In this document: positions 26,007 to 38,940 of the stretch, piece after piece | Layout: each line of letters begins with the position of its first letter | Numbering within the stretch: position 1 is the stretch's first letter | NCBI GenBank assembly: GCA_000320545.1 | Contig: ADNK01000492.1 | Span: 1-44,997, forward strand | Direction of reading: 5' to 3' | Origin: Bigelowiella natans CCMP2755 | Lineage: Eukaryota > Protista > Cercozoa | Length of the DNA: 44,997 bases | Made by a program: the position numbers and the translations under genes | Notes under the pieces: generated by a model | What the model was told of the DNA's origin: nothing | The model's input: the letters and a program-made list of their open reading frames with translations, nothing else | The model's database searches: none

Positions 26007-27643
26007 CAGGCGGGGGGGGGGGCGGGGGGAGATTGGGATAGGTATACCAGCAGTAATAGTTTGATATGAGCCGCTTGAGGGTGGAGTTGACTTAAACCAA
26101 GTCACAGGGCAAGGAAGATTCTCGTTGAAGAAAAAATTGCCGGTTTCTGGGTTTGTTCCACATGACTACGATATATTTGATTTTTTTTGTTTCATATGCT
26201 GCCCAGTTATTTGCATTCTTGCCTACCCCTACTACACGCACGACTACAACACAAATTCTACCATATGTAAGTATGACTACTAGCTGCACGAACTGAGCGA
26301 ATTCGGGGCAAATATCGGACATAAAAATTGAATGATTATGGCTTCTTACCTTAAAGCCACTCTTCTGTTTCAAAGGCCTGGAAGAAAAGGAGAGGGATAG
26401 GCTCTCATTTAAATCGCAATTAGCATTTTTTAAGTGTGGAAGAGTCATGCATTGCATACTCCCTCTCTCTCAGATTCTATTCTCCACATACATACCTGTC
26501 AATCGCATTCGTCCCGCCACGTGTAATGCAGAGAGCGCTATTCTGTTAGATGCACGATTCACTACGGTTAATACACGTCTAGAGCATTGTTATTCTTTAT
26601 CGTCAGCTGTGTTGTGCTACTACCTCCCAGTACATCAGGCCAATTTCGGAGATTGTATTGAAGACCTCGCTGAGAAGATGGAGTGACAAACCGGTGGTTA
26701 AACAGAGCTAAATAACTTCTATCGTCTACCCACCCCCTCTTCTTTCTCTCTCTTATAGTCGGTTTCTTTGGGTGGGGCTATCAGAGTGGGTAATTTTGTA
26801 ATTTTATTCCTATTGTTGCTTACGTTCCTTCGCGCGCGGGCACGGGGGCATCACAGTAGTAATTAGTTGTGTTGGTGTCCCCTTCACAGAACACTTGCTA
26901 GAAATCAAACAAACACGGGATACATCCATCGTTAAGAAGAACTTGCATGAACAAAAATACTTTCTTTTAGGTATTCTAATCACAAACCTGATAATCAATG
27001 ACGCCCATACCAACTCTCTCGGTCCCTCTATATTGCAAAAGAAGGAAAAAATACATTAAACTCCAGAATTATTGACCAAGTATATCACATATAAGCACGA
27101 ACTCACGCACGTTGGGCAGCCGGTGGTTGTGCTCTCCCAGCTTACGTTCACGATAGGAGTGGTCCGCTACACGGTTAAAAATATCAACGAGTTGATGTAT
27201 GTGAGGAATAATCTTAAGTGATTTCAGAAACTTCAAAAAGAAAAAGGAGGATGTAACTTTAATGTTTACCCAATTATTAAGCACAGATGAGTATTCGTCT
27301 GCGTTCTTCTTCCATTTCCTAAATATGGGCAAGGAATGGCATCCCAGTCAAATATGAATTCGACGATTCGTACACAATAAAGTTTTCGTACTGGTTCGGT
27401 GCTTAAAAGTTATGTATTTTTCTGAAATAGTTAACATACGCGTATGCGACGATAGATAGGACGATAGATACGATTGAGAAAACGATCGTAATCACCTGAC
27501 AACAAGACAATCGTAAATGATAGAAAAACAACCGAATGATCAAGAAACATGTTGCTGAGTCTTTACCCTGAAACTTAAGGGGATGTTTATAATTCTGGTC
27601 ATTTCGCACATACCAAAAAAATGAGCGGTACAATTCTCTTCAT
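22665..27643 (-). CDS. Hypothetical multi-exon membrane protein, about 4 TM segments with a large first loop
   Basis: Start MKRIVPLIFL|VITIVFSIVSIVLSIVAY. 3' exons stitched in phase: SVNWTAWNRPEILWK|EDCDVTREQVNNVEHVIDT|VTATTLAVMIITLFAGCFDICFGVWGF..|IPSYYQNFGNCCCT|LGLIITTSVSFAFIA..DADCSDNITNGAVR|TLSKTALEIFEIWVAKM|VLDILKILWYCYQIY..SSI*. Middle exons are only partly resolved. Confidence 0.65.
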
Positions 27644-28103
27644 TGTTGTTCGTAGTCACCGCAAAAAGCCTACGACAAGATTCAGAATCACTCGTAAGTC
27701 TAACCAACTGAATGAATGAACCATGAATGTGGTGCGAGTTTCATGTATGAATCTCCAAGTTACAAAGGGCTAGATCTATGGCAAAAATACCTGCAAGGGG
27801 TGGGGACGGACAATGATGAATAATCCAGTCGTTATCTCACGAGATTTATAATATCTCCGTAATTGGTCGTTACAATCTCCCGAGCGGTTTTTACTCGAAA
27901 AAACAGTTCTGAAGTTTTCCGTCATAAATCGTTGTCGTCCATCAACAATAGCCGCCGCTACTGATATTTATTGCGATACGAGTACACATGATCACATGAT
28001 GCATACGGCAGAATTATGCTAAAAATAGTTTTTATTTCCCAAAATACATTTAGCCAAAATAATAAGTCGGCAGTGGTTCTTTGGTATTGCCTCAAAACTT
28101 GCA

Positions 28104-29376
28104 ATGGTGTCCGTGCTGTTGCTTTATATTATTGCAACATCGTTTGCAACAGCGTCTGTCGGTGCTTCGCGGCCCTTCATTCGACCTGGAGATGAGCCAC
28201 CTCTCATCACTGCGCGAGGAGGGAAATGTTCAGGCGATTTCGTGATGGTGCAAACATTCAACCCAACAGTTCATGCTCGAGCAAGGATTCAGAGAATCAT
28301 CGATGAAAGTCCCAAGCAGAAAGTCATACTTACACAATATGCTGCTTCATATTTGTCGTGATATGCATGATTATATCTGATAGGTATTTATCGCAATCCA
28401 CACGAACTCAGAAGCTGACATAATCGCCGAGATGCAGAGCTTTCCAAAATCGGAGAAACCTCTTCCCACGGTAGTCCAGAATGCAATGAAAGAGAGGTTC
28501 GGCGCAGTAAGCGAGCTTACGAATGAAACAATGATGACCCTTGCAACAACGTTAATGAGGACCTCGCAGAAGGAGCTAGAGAAGGAAATGCCTGATGCAG
28601 TACTTCGATACTCTGACGTGAACATCCTGGAGATGTACCCGTATATAAACAGCATCCGTACTCACGGCGGAATAGGTCACCATCATACTGTAGGATTTGA
28701 GTTTCGCGATCAGGCAATTCAAGCAGCCCTTCGAGACTATTTTTACCGGACGGGGGAGCGCAAATGGAACTTTTGCCATCTTTGGGTTTTAAATGATAAC
28801 CTTGAATTCTCTGGAAAGTGGGGCACGTTTTTTGAAAAGTACCGAGAAAACAACGCCGATTTGTTGTCTTCTAATCGAAGAAATGTTAGTATTGATGAGC
28901 ATAAATTTGGAACGCATAGCTCCTCTGCCTTCCGTGCAATGATGAAGGAGGGCTTGATTTACGAGCATGATCAACAGATAGTGAGGTACAGCCCAAGATT
29001 CTTGGAGGCAATACATGAACAATCGAACTCGAAGAAAGTCTATGCGTTCAGTGCATATGGAACACCATCACTTGCTGAGATGTTAGGACTTCGGTAATCT
29101 TCGTCCGTTTTTACGATATTTGTTGCTGTGTCGAAATATGAGAGGCAGGCCGCAGTTATTCATTTTATGTATCCATTTTTTATCTAATATCTACTACGAT
29201 ATATTCTTCTTTTAAAGTTGATAAGCCTCTTCGGAATAGGGTTTTAAATATTCCAATCAAACACAGTGTAGTATTGCTGCTACTCCGACTTTGCACACAT
29301 TTTTTGTTAACTTTATTTCTTCAGGTATGGGTCTTTGAGCTTGAAAGGAGTTAAAGAGAGAGGATCCTGGAATTAG
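28104..29376 (+). CDS. Secreted protein, DUF3405-like (putative glycosyltransferase-related), 3 exons
   Basis: Signal peptide MVSVLLLYIIATSFATASVGA. Segments LWVLNDNLEFSGKWGTFFEKY..ADLL, IVRYSPRFLEAIHE and GTPSLAEMLGL resemble DUF3405-type motifs (recalled, not searched). The CDS is solid and the family call is tentative. Confidence 0.6.
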
Positions 29377-29996
29377 GTTTTAAGCAGCGGACACTACATT
29401 GTGGGGTCTGCACAGCTTGTTAGGAATATTCTAGCTTATCGTTATTCTTGCGAATGTTTTATGTTACAAATAAGACTAGAAGGCACAAGGGTAGCCAGTT
29501 TTCTATGGCTACATAATTGTGTGATACCAAATTTAAATCAGTGGCCCAACAATTTATTCTGCTGGCGTTAGAGATGCAGGGCTATGTAGACGCTGCAACT
29601 AGTCTATGCCTAGACATATATGTACAATGTGAAAGCTTGTGATTGATTAAAATCCATGGATACACTGCTAGATTGGAGCATACAAGATTACAAAATTTAC
29701 GAGGTTTTAAACGTGCGCATTTAGGCATTGACCGTGCATGCATTGCACCAGCGACATCCAAACAACACTAGAACAGATCAATGAAATTCAATTTGAGAGT
29801 ACACGAGACATATCTAGATGTGTTATAAAGACATTCTAGGCATTGCTAGATTGCATGCATGATGTCAAAGCTAAGTAAACTTCCAACGACTTTGTTATAT
29901 GATGTGTGTCCATGCTAGCATGCGGTGCCCTTCTCTAATGTTGCTGCGGAGTCTATATCTAGCGAGACAGTCATCTAGATGTCTACAAAATGTGAG

Positions 29997-32172
29997 CTAA
30001 AGTAGATCAAAGCCTGATGAGCATGACCCAGAAGATGCTACACTACTATTGTCACACCTAACAACCTCATTTCTGTTCGTGCTGACATTATCTTTTTGCT
30101 TCCAATCGGGATGCATGGCGATATTCTCACCATGCACTACCTTGTCGTCGTTCTCATATTTCAAATTGTGTTCAAGATTGACGTCACTACTATTGTATTT
30201 GTCCTTCCTATCAAGCTGTTCATTCTCATTATAATCACCATCATCATTATCATTTTTATCATCATTATTAATCCAGGTTTTAAGAACTTTGCTCTCACTA
30301 TGGAGAAGATTTGGGAGCAATCTTGCTCTTTGAGCCAAATCTTTGCGTTGTTCGCAAAGCTTTCGATAGAATATCCTACAGAACTCTGGTTCCTTGCGCA
30401 GCGCGGTGAGGAAAATGGTGTCGAAATTCCATTCGGCTGCGAAGTTCTCCGTAATAGCGACAGTATCAGTCAAGTTAAGCACAACATGGTATCTACCAGC
30501 AGGTATATACACCGTCTCGCCTACACGTCAACGACAAAAATAAATCACAAATTACAATGGTGGAAGGGTTCATATCTACCCTGCTGCGCAATATTTATGT
30601 GCTATTTTTTTATTAACTCTCTTAATACAGCGGGAAAAGAATTGCTACCTTGTTTTTGAACTATGAACACTGGTTTTCGATGTTGCGGATATCTTCTAGC
30701 GGCTCTCATTCCAATGTTGCTAAACCATTTGTTCGCCCACATATCCGTCTCCTTCGACAGGTTGTAATCATTTTCGTTTCCAGTCCCACCTTGCGCACCT
30801 CTTTCTGCATCCATTTCACTTGAGCAGAACTGGCCTGTCCGAAGTATTGTTAGGACGTGTACTTACATTAGGACGTGTAATTCAAAATAGTAAGTAACAG
30901 GAGACGCTGCTATTTATGGGGCTTCGCATAGCAAAACGTAAATTGTCTTCATAGAAATTTCTAAAATTCTGTTAGTTATCATATTCTTTTTGGACACCAG
31001 CCTCACCACATGAGTCTGCTAACGTCGGTTCTGCCGTCACCCCTTTCGGTAGCACTGCCCACAGTTTTATCCCAGCCAGTAGGGTGTTCCATGCGCTTGT
31101 TCCTAGAGACCAGAAGGACAGATAAGGGCGAAAGAAACAATAACTAAGAGAGCTGAGGCAGAGATGATGCATATACTACAAAGGTACTACACAACTAGAT
31201 ATTGAAAAGGAGAAGTGTAGTATAATCGCCTCTGAACAAGCGCAATCTTAAAAGAATCATTTTACCGAGAGGATCAACGTGCAACTCTGTGCCGCTGTTC
31301 TTCGGAGCTACAATAAGCCATCGCCACGGGGGTCTCAGATCTCCTGTGATCTCAAACAGGCTATCGCCTGCAAAGTATTTGATTGGAGGGTAGCTTGACA
31401 ATCGCTTTTTGTCGTAAGGGTATTTGCAGCTTGATTTTTCCTCGAAGTCGCAGTCGAAAATCATGAGTGGGTCATCGTCGTCATTGGACTCCATGTATGA
31501 CACAAAGTCTGGGAACCTATTGCAATAAATATGTTAGATGTTTAACGTCATTCTATGCAGGAGAGGAACAACTATACTCTTTATACTTAGAGTGCTGCCC
31601 CTCGTACCCTGCCGCCCTGCCTCCTTGAAGCCAGGAAAATTAGTGGTAAAATGGCGCTATTCAGGGAGAAGTCAGACTTTAGATTGGCAGTATGATGATC
31701 ATCCAGATAAAACTTTTCGTCCTTGAACTCTTCCAACATGGACGAAATTTGATACCTAAAAAGCAGAAAACGATCACTAAGAACTGTGTCGAAATTAACT
31801 AATAATTTACCTCTTTGAATCTAAATTCTTGTGAGCGTCCACCAAAACTGCAACCTCCTTCATGTATTCCGTTCTAAACTTTTCTACACTCAACGACTTA
31901 AGTCTCGTCACGTTGTCCTCTTTGAGTCCTTTTTTAGTTGTGAAAAGCAGCAACGTTCGGCCATTGATGTGTTACGTGTAAACTGCATTGGCTAATTTAC
32001 CGAAATCGAGAAGGTTCTGAAGATTGACTTTCTTGGCCATTTCCTCTTTGTTCCATCGGGAAAGGGACCAGTCAGGTCTCGCTATTCGCTTGGCTTCGTC
32101 TACATTTTCTTTCCAAGTTGGACACTTGTCACTGCCCCATTCACCATCTTCTCCTCTGCTGGCGTCGCCCAT
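29997..32172 (-). CDS. JMJD6: JmjC-domain oxygenase, JMJD6/PSR-like
   Basis: WKENVDEAKRIARPD, PLMIFD, RPPWRWLIVAPKNSGTELHVDPLG|TSAWNTLLAGIKLWAVLP, and QKQG|ETVYIPAGRYHVVLNLTDTVAITENFA. The HxD..H metal triad is intact. Confidence 0.9.
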
Positions 32173-32651
32173 CCCAGATGGGATTTACATGATAATTATG
32201 CGACAACGAATATTTGATGTCGTATTACTAGAATACCATGGAATATCATCGGACATCTGTCTCCGGTTAAGAAGGGATGTTTACCTGAAAACAGCCAGAC
32301 CACACACCACCCATGCCGTTGGAATTTTTTTCTCTCCTTTCATTGTTTTTTGGTGAAGCTACCTCCAATCCAAACCAGGTTTGTCGTAGGATGTATTTCT
32401 TGCATATTCTTGAAAGACTAAGGGAATTCCCTGCTACACATAGCGGTAAACTGAGGTCGTAGCTAGAAAACCTTAATGCTTTCGATGAGAAAAGGATCCG
32501 CTCACGTCTGACTTGTGCAATCACGATGTTGCCGTTTTGGTCATAAATGGTTTGGAATTTGGATAAGCGACTTGTGCCAATTGAAAGACACAGAAGAGAA
32601 ATTGCCTGCTCTTCATTCTTGAAAAGGCAACTCTATAAAAAAGCCTCGCGG
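32173..32651. promoter_or_regulatory. Putative bidirectional promoter (JMJD6 / YME1)
   Basis: 479-bp microsatellite-free head-to-head spacer. Inferred from position only. Confidence 0.4.
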
Positions 32652-33951
32652 ATGGTGACCAAGCTTTGGTGGTCTCTCCGCCTCCACAGTGCCCCTTCCT
32701 TCAGGTGAAATTTGACGCATCTGCAACAAAGTCTAAAATAATGGGCGAATACGTGATGGCCCTCTAATCTACCAGTTACCCATTCTCAAATTCCACTCAG
32801 CCTTCCACCTTTTTCCCCATAATTTCGCTACAAACTTACCGAGCCCAGATCATCAACTTTCTTTATTACTTGAGAGCATAACTGCGTGAATGTAACTGGT
32901 ATAGTCTAAATCTATTGGAAAATATTATCCCTAATTCTGTATTTAGGAAGGTAAGGGGGTTCGCAACGGATAGGCTCAGGACCATAGCCTTTAGGAAAAA
33001 GACTACTGGCGTTCTATCACCAGGATTAGCACAAAGATTTGGTGGATGGAATGGTTGGTTGTTTCACGCATCATCAACCATTGCTTCACCGCCTCAACGA
33101 AGAAACTACTCCTCTCCAACCCAACGTCGCGAACTCCTCACCATAGAAAAGGATGCAGACAACAATCCTTACAATGCTGGGAAGCAACGGAAGTATTATG
33201 AGGCACTACTCAGGACCACAGGTGGAGCCCGAAAGGTTGTTTCGCGTTTCGATACTAATCGTTACGCGGTCGATGAGGATGTTTACAAGCTTTACATCAA
33301 AGCATGTGTAGAGGCAGGAATGACTCATAAGCTCGATAATCTTGATTTCTCGCAAATGGGATCCGATGGTACCTCTCGGCGCAGGATGAGTGACAGCATG
33401 GGTTCCCAGTATGATCCCTATACGCCGATGAGTGCTGGGGCTGGAGGTGGTAGCAGATACTTTGAGAGCGGCAACCCCTACCAGATGCCTGGTCCACAAA
33501 GTTCACAGCCATCGATGATGCCTTATGGCACTTACGACGCCCCCATGTATGTGCAAATGAAGCCTGAAAGCTTCCGGGATCGTGTGTTTGGAAGCCTGAT
33601 CTCCGCTATAGGCTTGGTCCTCGTCTTTGGTGTCGCTGCGTTCGCGGGAGGGTATTTCGTTTCGGACCGCCTTCCGGGAGTTGGTCGTCGTGGCAACCAG
33701 AACGAGGTGCTGCGAGAGTCCATGTGCATGTTGTCAGTGGTTCGTTTTATGCTAATTTTTGGTGAGAGTTTCCTTTCCATAGATCTTTCACGGTCGAAAC
33801 CCAAAAATAAATATTGGCGTGATGGTTCGAGTAGGTATCGCCGATCAATGTGTCCAAAATCAATTTCGATGATGTAAAAGGATGTAAAGAAGCGAAGATG
33901 GAGCTCCAGGAGATCGTCCAGTAATTTTCTATGATGGATATAGGAGAGAAA

Positions 33952-33992
<41 letters not shown>

Positions 33993-36143
33993 TACACATT
34001 AGTGAATGTGAAGTTTTCTTGTCCCATTCTTCTCCACCATCCGAATTCACACCAAATATTGTTAGATTTCTGCGGGAGCCGGAGAAATTTACTCGGCTAG
34101 GAGGTGAGTTGCCGCGCGGTGTGCTGCTAATGGGTCCACCAGGGACTGGAAAGACATTATTGGCAAAGGCGGTGGCAGGAGAGGCAGGCGTGCCTTTCTT
34201 CTCGGCATCAGGCTCGGAGTTTGAGGAGATGTATGTGGGCGTGGGAGCTAGGAGAGTACGAGACCTATTTGCCGCCGCAAAGGAACGTGCGCCTTGTCTG
34301 ATCTTCATCGATGAGATCGATGCCATCGGAGGGAGCCGTAAGGCCAAAGAACAGCAATCAATGCGCTTGACCCTTAACCAGCTTTTAGTGGAGCTGGACG
34401 GTTTCAATACCAACTCCGGAGTCATTGTTCTCGCCGCAACCAACTTCCCTGAATTATTGGATAAGGCACTGGTGCGCGCAGGGCGGTTTGACCGTCATAT
34501 CACCGTGCCGCTGCCGGATATTCGAGGCCGGACTGAGATCCTGGACATGTACACGAAGAAACTGCCGCTCGCGACAGATGTTGACTGCAAGGTAATTAGG
34601 GTGTATACCCGCTAGAGAACAAGCGAGTTGCTGCCTCTTAGCAGAATTTTCTTTCTTTCTTTCTCCCCCTCCCATTTGAGATCTGTGCTTCTGTGTAGTA
34701 TATTCTTTGGGTGGATATTCATTGCGGTCATGGTGTTGTCATCGTGGTGTCGTATTATCATCATCTCATGCTTGTTCCCTCTCTGCTCAAATTGGACATT
34801 CTAACTGCATTGTTCATCATCATCATTATCATCATCAGACCTTGGCCAGGGGAACACCGGGATATTCAGGCGCTGATCTGTCAACCATGGTTAACGACGC
34901 CGCAATCCATGCTTCTATGCGAGGGTCAGTTAGTCAGTCAGTCAGTCCATCAGTAAGTAATTTAGTCAAGGAGCAAGTCAACCAATGCAATGCAACGATG
35001 AGCAGCGACCATTCAGTAGGAACTTAGAGGAAGGGGTGGGGGGTGGGGTGGGGCAATTCCCAAGGTTGGTTGGGAACAGGATTACTCAGAGCAGATTTTG
35101 TATGACAACGAGCTGCGTTGAGAGACATTGTTACTGTTATGTTGTTGCGTAGTTCGAATACGGTGAAGCAAGAGGACTTTGAGTATGCAAAGGACAAGAT
35201 GTTCATGGGGCCTGAGCGCAAATCGGCATTTCTCACACCGGAGTCAAGACGGCTGACAGCCTACCATGAAGGAGGTCACGCGATTGTCGCCATCAACACG
35301 GATGGCGCGCACCCGGTGCACAAAGCTACCATCATGCCCCGAGGCAACGCACTCGGTATGGTCTTTCAGCTCCCCAGCGGCGATCAGACGTCCGTGTCTA
35401 GGAAGCAGCTTGTCGCAGAGATGGATGTATGCATGGGGGGGCGTGCTGCTGAAGAAATGATATTTGGCAAGGACAACGTCACAACCGGTGCTTCCAGTGA
35501 CATGCGCAGGGCCACACAGATCGCGCGAGCGATGGTTCTAAAGTATGGAATGAGTGATAAGGTTGATTATCCCCGTCGTCGTCATCATGCTCTCTACCAT
35601 CTGCATTAGCACATGTAATTTCACACATCAGACTCATCATCCACTAATCAAACTGCTTCGACAACAGGTGGGACTGATCGATTTTGACGAATTGAACGAC
35701 AAGCATATGGCGGCATCCACACGGGCAGTGGTACGCTTACGTATTGTTCCGTGAACAATGTCCTCCAATGTGTTTCGTGTCTATGTGTATCATGATGTGC
35801 GTGCTTACGTTTGCCTCCTTTTCTTCATTAGATTGATGCAGAGATTAAATCGCTGCTAGATGCCTCGCATAACCGAGTTACGAGCATCTTACGGAGAGAG
35901 CGACCTCGGTAAGATAGAGACCAACTTCAGAAGCAGAAGCGTTCAATTTACGTGTGTTTATAACAATAAAACAATTCAAATTAGCAAAGGAAAAAGTCAC
36001 AAAAGCAAAGAAATGCACACATGTTCTCACACATTTCCTTTTATCAGTCTGGATCGGCTAGCCAACGCCTTGATGAAGTATGAGACGTTAACTGGTGACG
36101 ATATTCACAACGTCGTCGCCGGGAAAGACATCAGGAACAATAT

Positions 36144-36147
<4 letters not shown>
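32652..36147 (+). CDS. YME1: Mitochondrial i-AAA FtsH-family metalloprotease (YME1/FTSH4-like)
   Basis: Basic presequence [18 protein letters not shown]|[11 protein letters not shown], one TM segment, [18 protein letters not shown], Walker A GPPGTGKT, Walker [31 protein letters not shown], zinc motif HEGGH, and C-terminal [16 protein letters not shown]. Introns are GT-AG and in phase. Confidence 0.93.
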
Positions 36148-36177
<30 letters not shown>

Positions 36178-37363
36178 CGCCATCGACGACAAAACGTATC
36201 AGTATGTATATACGTCCGTATGGCGGCAGAAGAGCTACACCAGCTTAAAAAGATAACGATACGACAAGGAGGGTTGATTAGGCTGTCTTGTCCACCGTCT
36301 AATTGCTTTTCCTTACCTTCTAGTAGTAGTAGTAGTAGCAGCAGCAGTAGTAGTAGTAGTAGTATATATCCATTCTGCGAACACACCAGCTCCAATCGCT
36401 ATCATTGTCCCTCCTCCTCCTCACCAACCCTCCCCAGCACACTGCCAACGTAGTGAGATCCTCCTCCTCATCATCATCATCATCATCATCATTGGGCTTG
36501 CATCTTTGTCGCATTGATCTCTCCACTCTCTCCCAAAAAATCACAACCTAGTACGACTGTGAGCATCATCCAGTGTCTCTCTCCTCCTCTTATCCCTTGG
36601 GAATAAAGGGCGGATTGAATCATTGTTGTGGCAACATCGAAAAATCTACCTTGCTTCATGGTGGTTGCCCGCACGTAGAATGTCACAATAATAATAGACA
36701 TAGCGTATATACGAAAACATTGTATATGTATAAATGCAATGTATGTGCTGGCGTCTATAGTTGTTCGAACACGCAACGCACACATCTAGTAGACATGTGT
36801 TGCAGCATGCTGCATTTAGATTTTTATTCACCTGCATGATGCAATGCTATGTGCGTATGCTAGTATGGACATCCACCCTGCTAGCAGCACGCAGCTGAGC
36901 GTACGCGTCTAACTAGAAGTTTGAAGCGTATATATATACGTACTGGACTATAGCTAGCAAGTGGATGTGACGACGCATCTGCGTACACGCGACGGCCTCG
37001 TACACGGTGTATGATTATGCGTCATTATTTACAATCTAACAATTAGCAATTATGCTTCGTTATATGTGCGTCGCTGCGTTGGTCATCAATTTAGTAATGG
37101 CAGCGCTGTGGACTTGCTAGCTTGAATATGAGCTACATGTTGTACTAACTAAGCTAACGCGTGATAGCTCGACCTATAGCATAGCGGTAGCTAAATCTCC
37201 CACGCTCTAGCACTGTTTACTTAGTGCGCAATCATGCTAGCATGGTCTGATGAATGTGAATTTAATTCAGGCACCAATGACAACAATGGACATAGATATG
37301 CTTTAACACAGATGCACTCAATCTAGCAATCCAGACATGTGTAGATATGCATGCCATGCATGC

Positions 37364-37395
<32 letters not shown>

Positions 37396-37507
37396 GTGTA
37401 AAATACCCTTCCGGTACGATGTTTGATGAGTTTGAGTCACAAATATTATTCACATATCAAACATCACAGTCGTATGTGATCATTATATCTAGTTATGCTC
37501 CCCTCTC

Positions 37508-37681
37508 TCACATGTTGCCGCTGCTGGTGTCCTGCTGGTCAAAGTTGATATCGATGAACTCGTCATTCTAGGTAAATAGTAAGACCAAAAACAAATACGA
37601 AACCATTGTATCAAAGTGTTTCAAAATGCCGCGCACAGCAACAGAAAAAATTAGATCAATACTACCGCGCCACGAATACTA

Positions 37682-37723
<42 letters not shown>

Positions 37724-37749
37724 ACACACACTCATATATACATATGTGT

Positions 37750-37792
<43 letters not shown>

Positions 37793-38109
37793 TTATATCT
37801 CCTCCAATGCCTCGATATCTCTCTACTTATTCAATGATGAATTTAGGATCCAATGCAGTACCTCCGAAAGTTGCTGAATTTGCTCAAGACTGAACTTATC
37901 AGAAGGCTCACTAGACCGCAAGTCCTTTTAGCGAGGAGGCCGAAAAGTAGGAGGAAGTAGGGGTAGTAGGGGCGGATGAAGGAGGTAAGTATATCAGCGT
38001 GTGCCGGGAGATGTCAACGCAAACCAGGAAGAAAATGAATATAAGCGAAGTAAGAGGATATGTGGTGACCGAGTAATAAGAAATATATAGCAGTAAAAGT
38101 AGATCGGAT

Positions 38110-38145
<36 letters not shown>

Positions 38146-38316
38146 AAACACACCTGTGGAAGGCGGAGCAGCATGACAGATAGGTTATCATGGGAGTTGG
38201 CTCTGAATGCATCCTCTGCAATGTTTCTTGCTATGTCTTCCCGATAGAAAGCGCGGCTATATCTTGAATAAATCGACTTAACAGCCTCAGCAGGCTCAAG
38301 CGTTGGCTCCATCCTG

Positions 38317-38353
<37 letters not shown>

Positions 38354-38901
38354 ATTATTAGATGTGACTCCTTTTGATACGCGCTTATCTAGTGCTCTGC
38401 GCGTGCTGTATATATGTCTAGTCACTTCTCCTCCTCCTCCTCCTCCTGTTTTCTACGCCGCCTACCACTCTGACACTATAATACTCCTACCAGAAGGTGT
38501 AGGGCTCGAAGAGGCCGTCGCACATGAGCATAATATACGGAGAACCAAGCGCACGTCGGTTGACCCAGTATACCTCTGGTTCTCCGCCGATTGCGTCGCA
38601 CCACGCATCACCAACCGACCGAGCTAGTGCCAGATTACCTGTGTTATTAATCCGGCAAAGACAGCAGCAGTATCCACACCAATCATCATCATCGCTCATC
38701 ATCATCATTCACCCTTTCTTCTTCTCCGCATGCAAGAAATGCTCGCTATTTTGTCGTCGTCATCGTCGTCGTGGTCGTCGTTGTCGTCGTCACCATCTCG
38801 TATCTATTATATGCGACTGACCATTGAGGCGCCCAAAAGCGATGAAGCCACCGTCGTGCTCGATGCGGGCACGGTCCACCTTTGGAGTATGGATCTGCGT
38901 C

Positions 38902-38940
<39 letters not shown>

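Noticed and set aside
30096-30659. 187-aa plus-strand ORF with a poly-Ile stretch
   Set aside because: Antisense to the Asp/Asn-rich JMJD6 C-terminal exon.
30850-30879. 12-bp direct repeat ttaggacgtgta x2 in a JMJD6 intron
   Set aside because: A short local duplication of the branch-point region; resemblance to the 70-bp repeat core (acattagga) is too short to be meaningful.
32631-32642. TATA-like ctctataaaaaa before the YME1 ATG
   Set aside because: Only about 10-18 nt from the ATG, too close for a canonical TATA box, and not seen at other promoters.
33532-34443. 303-aa minus-strand ORF
   Set aside because: Antisense shadow of the FtsH AAA exon that reads through an (AG)n intron; no independent coding signal.
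36148-37507. Possible small genes in the FtsH/PP2C spacer (ORFs 36489-36839)
   Set aside because: No recognisable motifs or consistent splice structure; composition matches the other non-coding convergent spacers.
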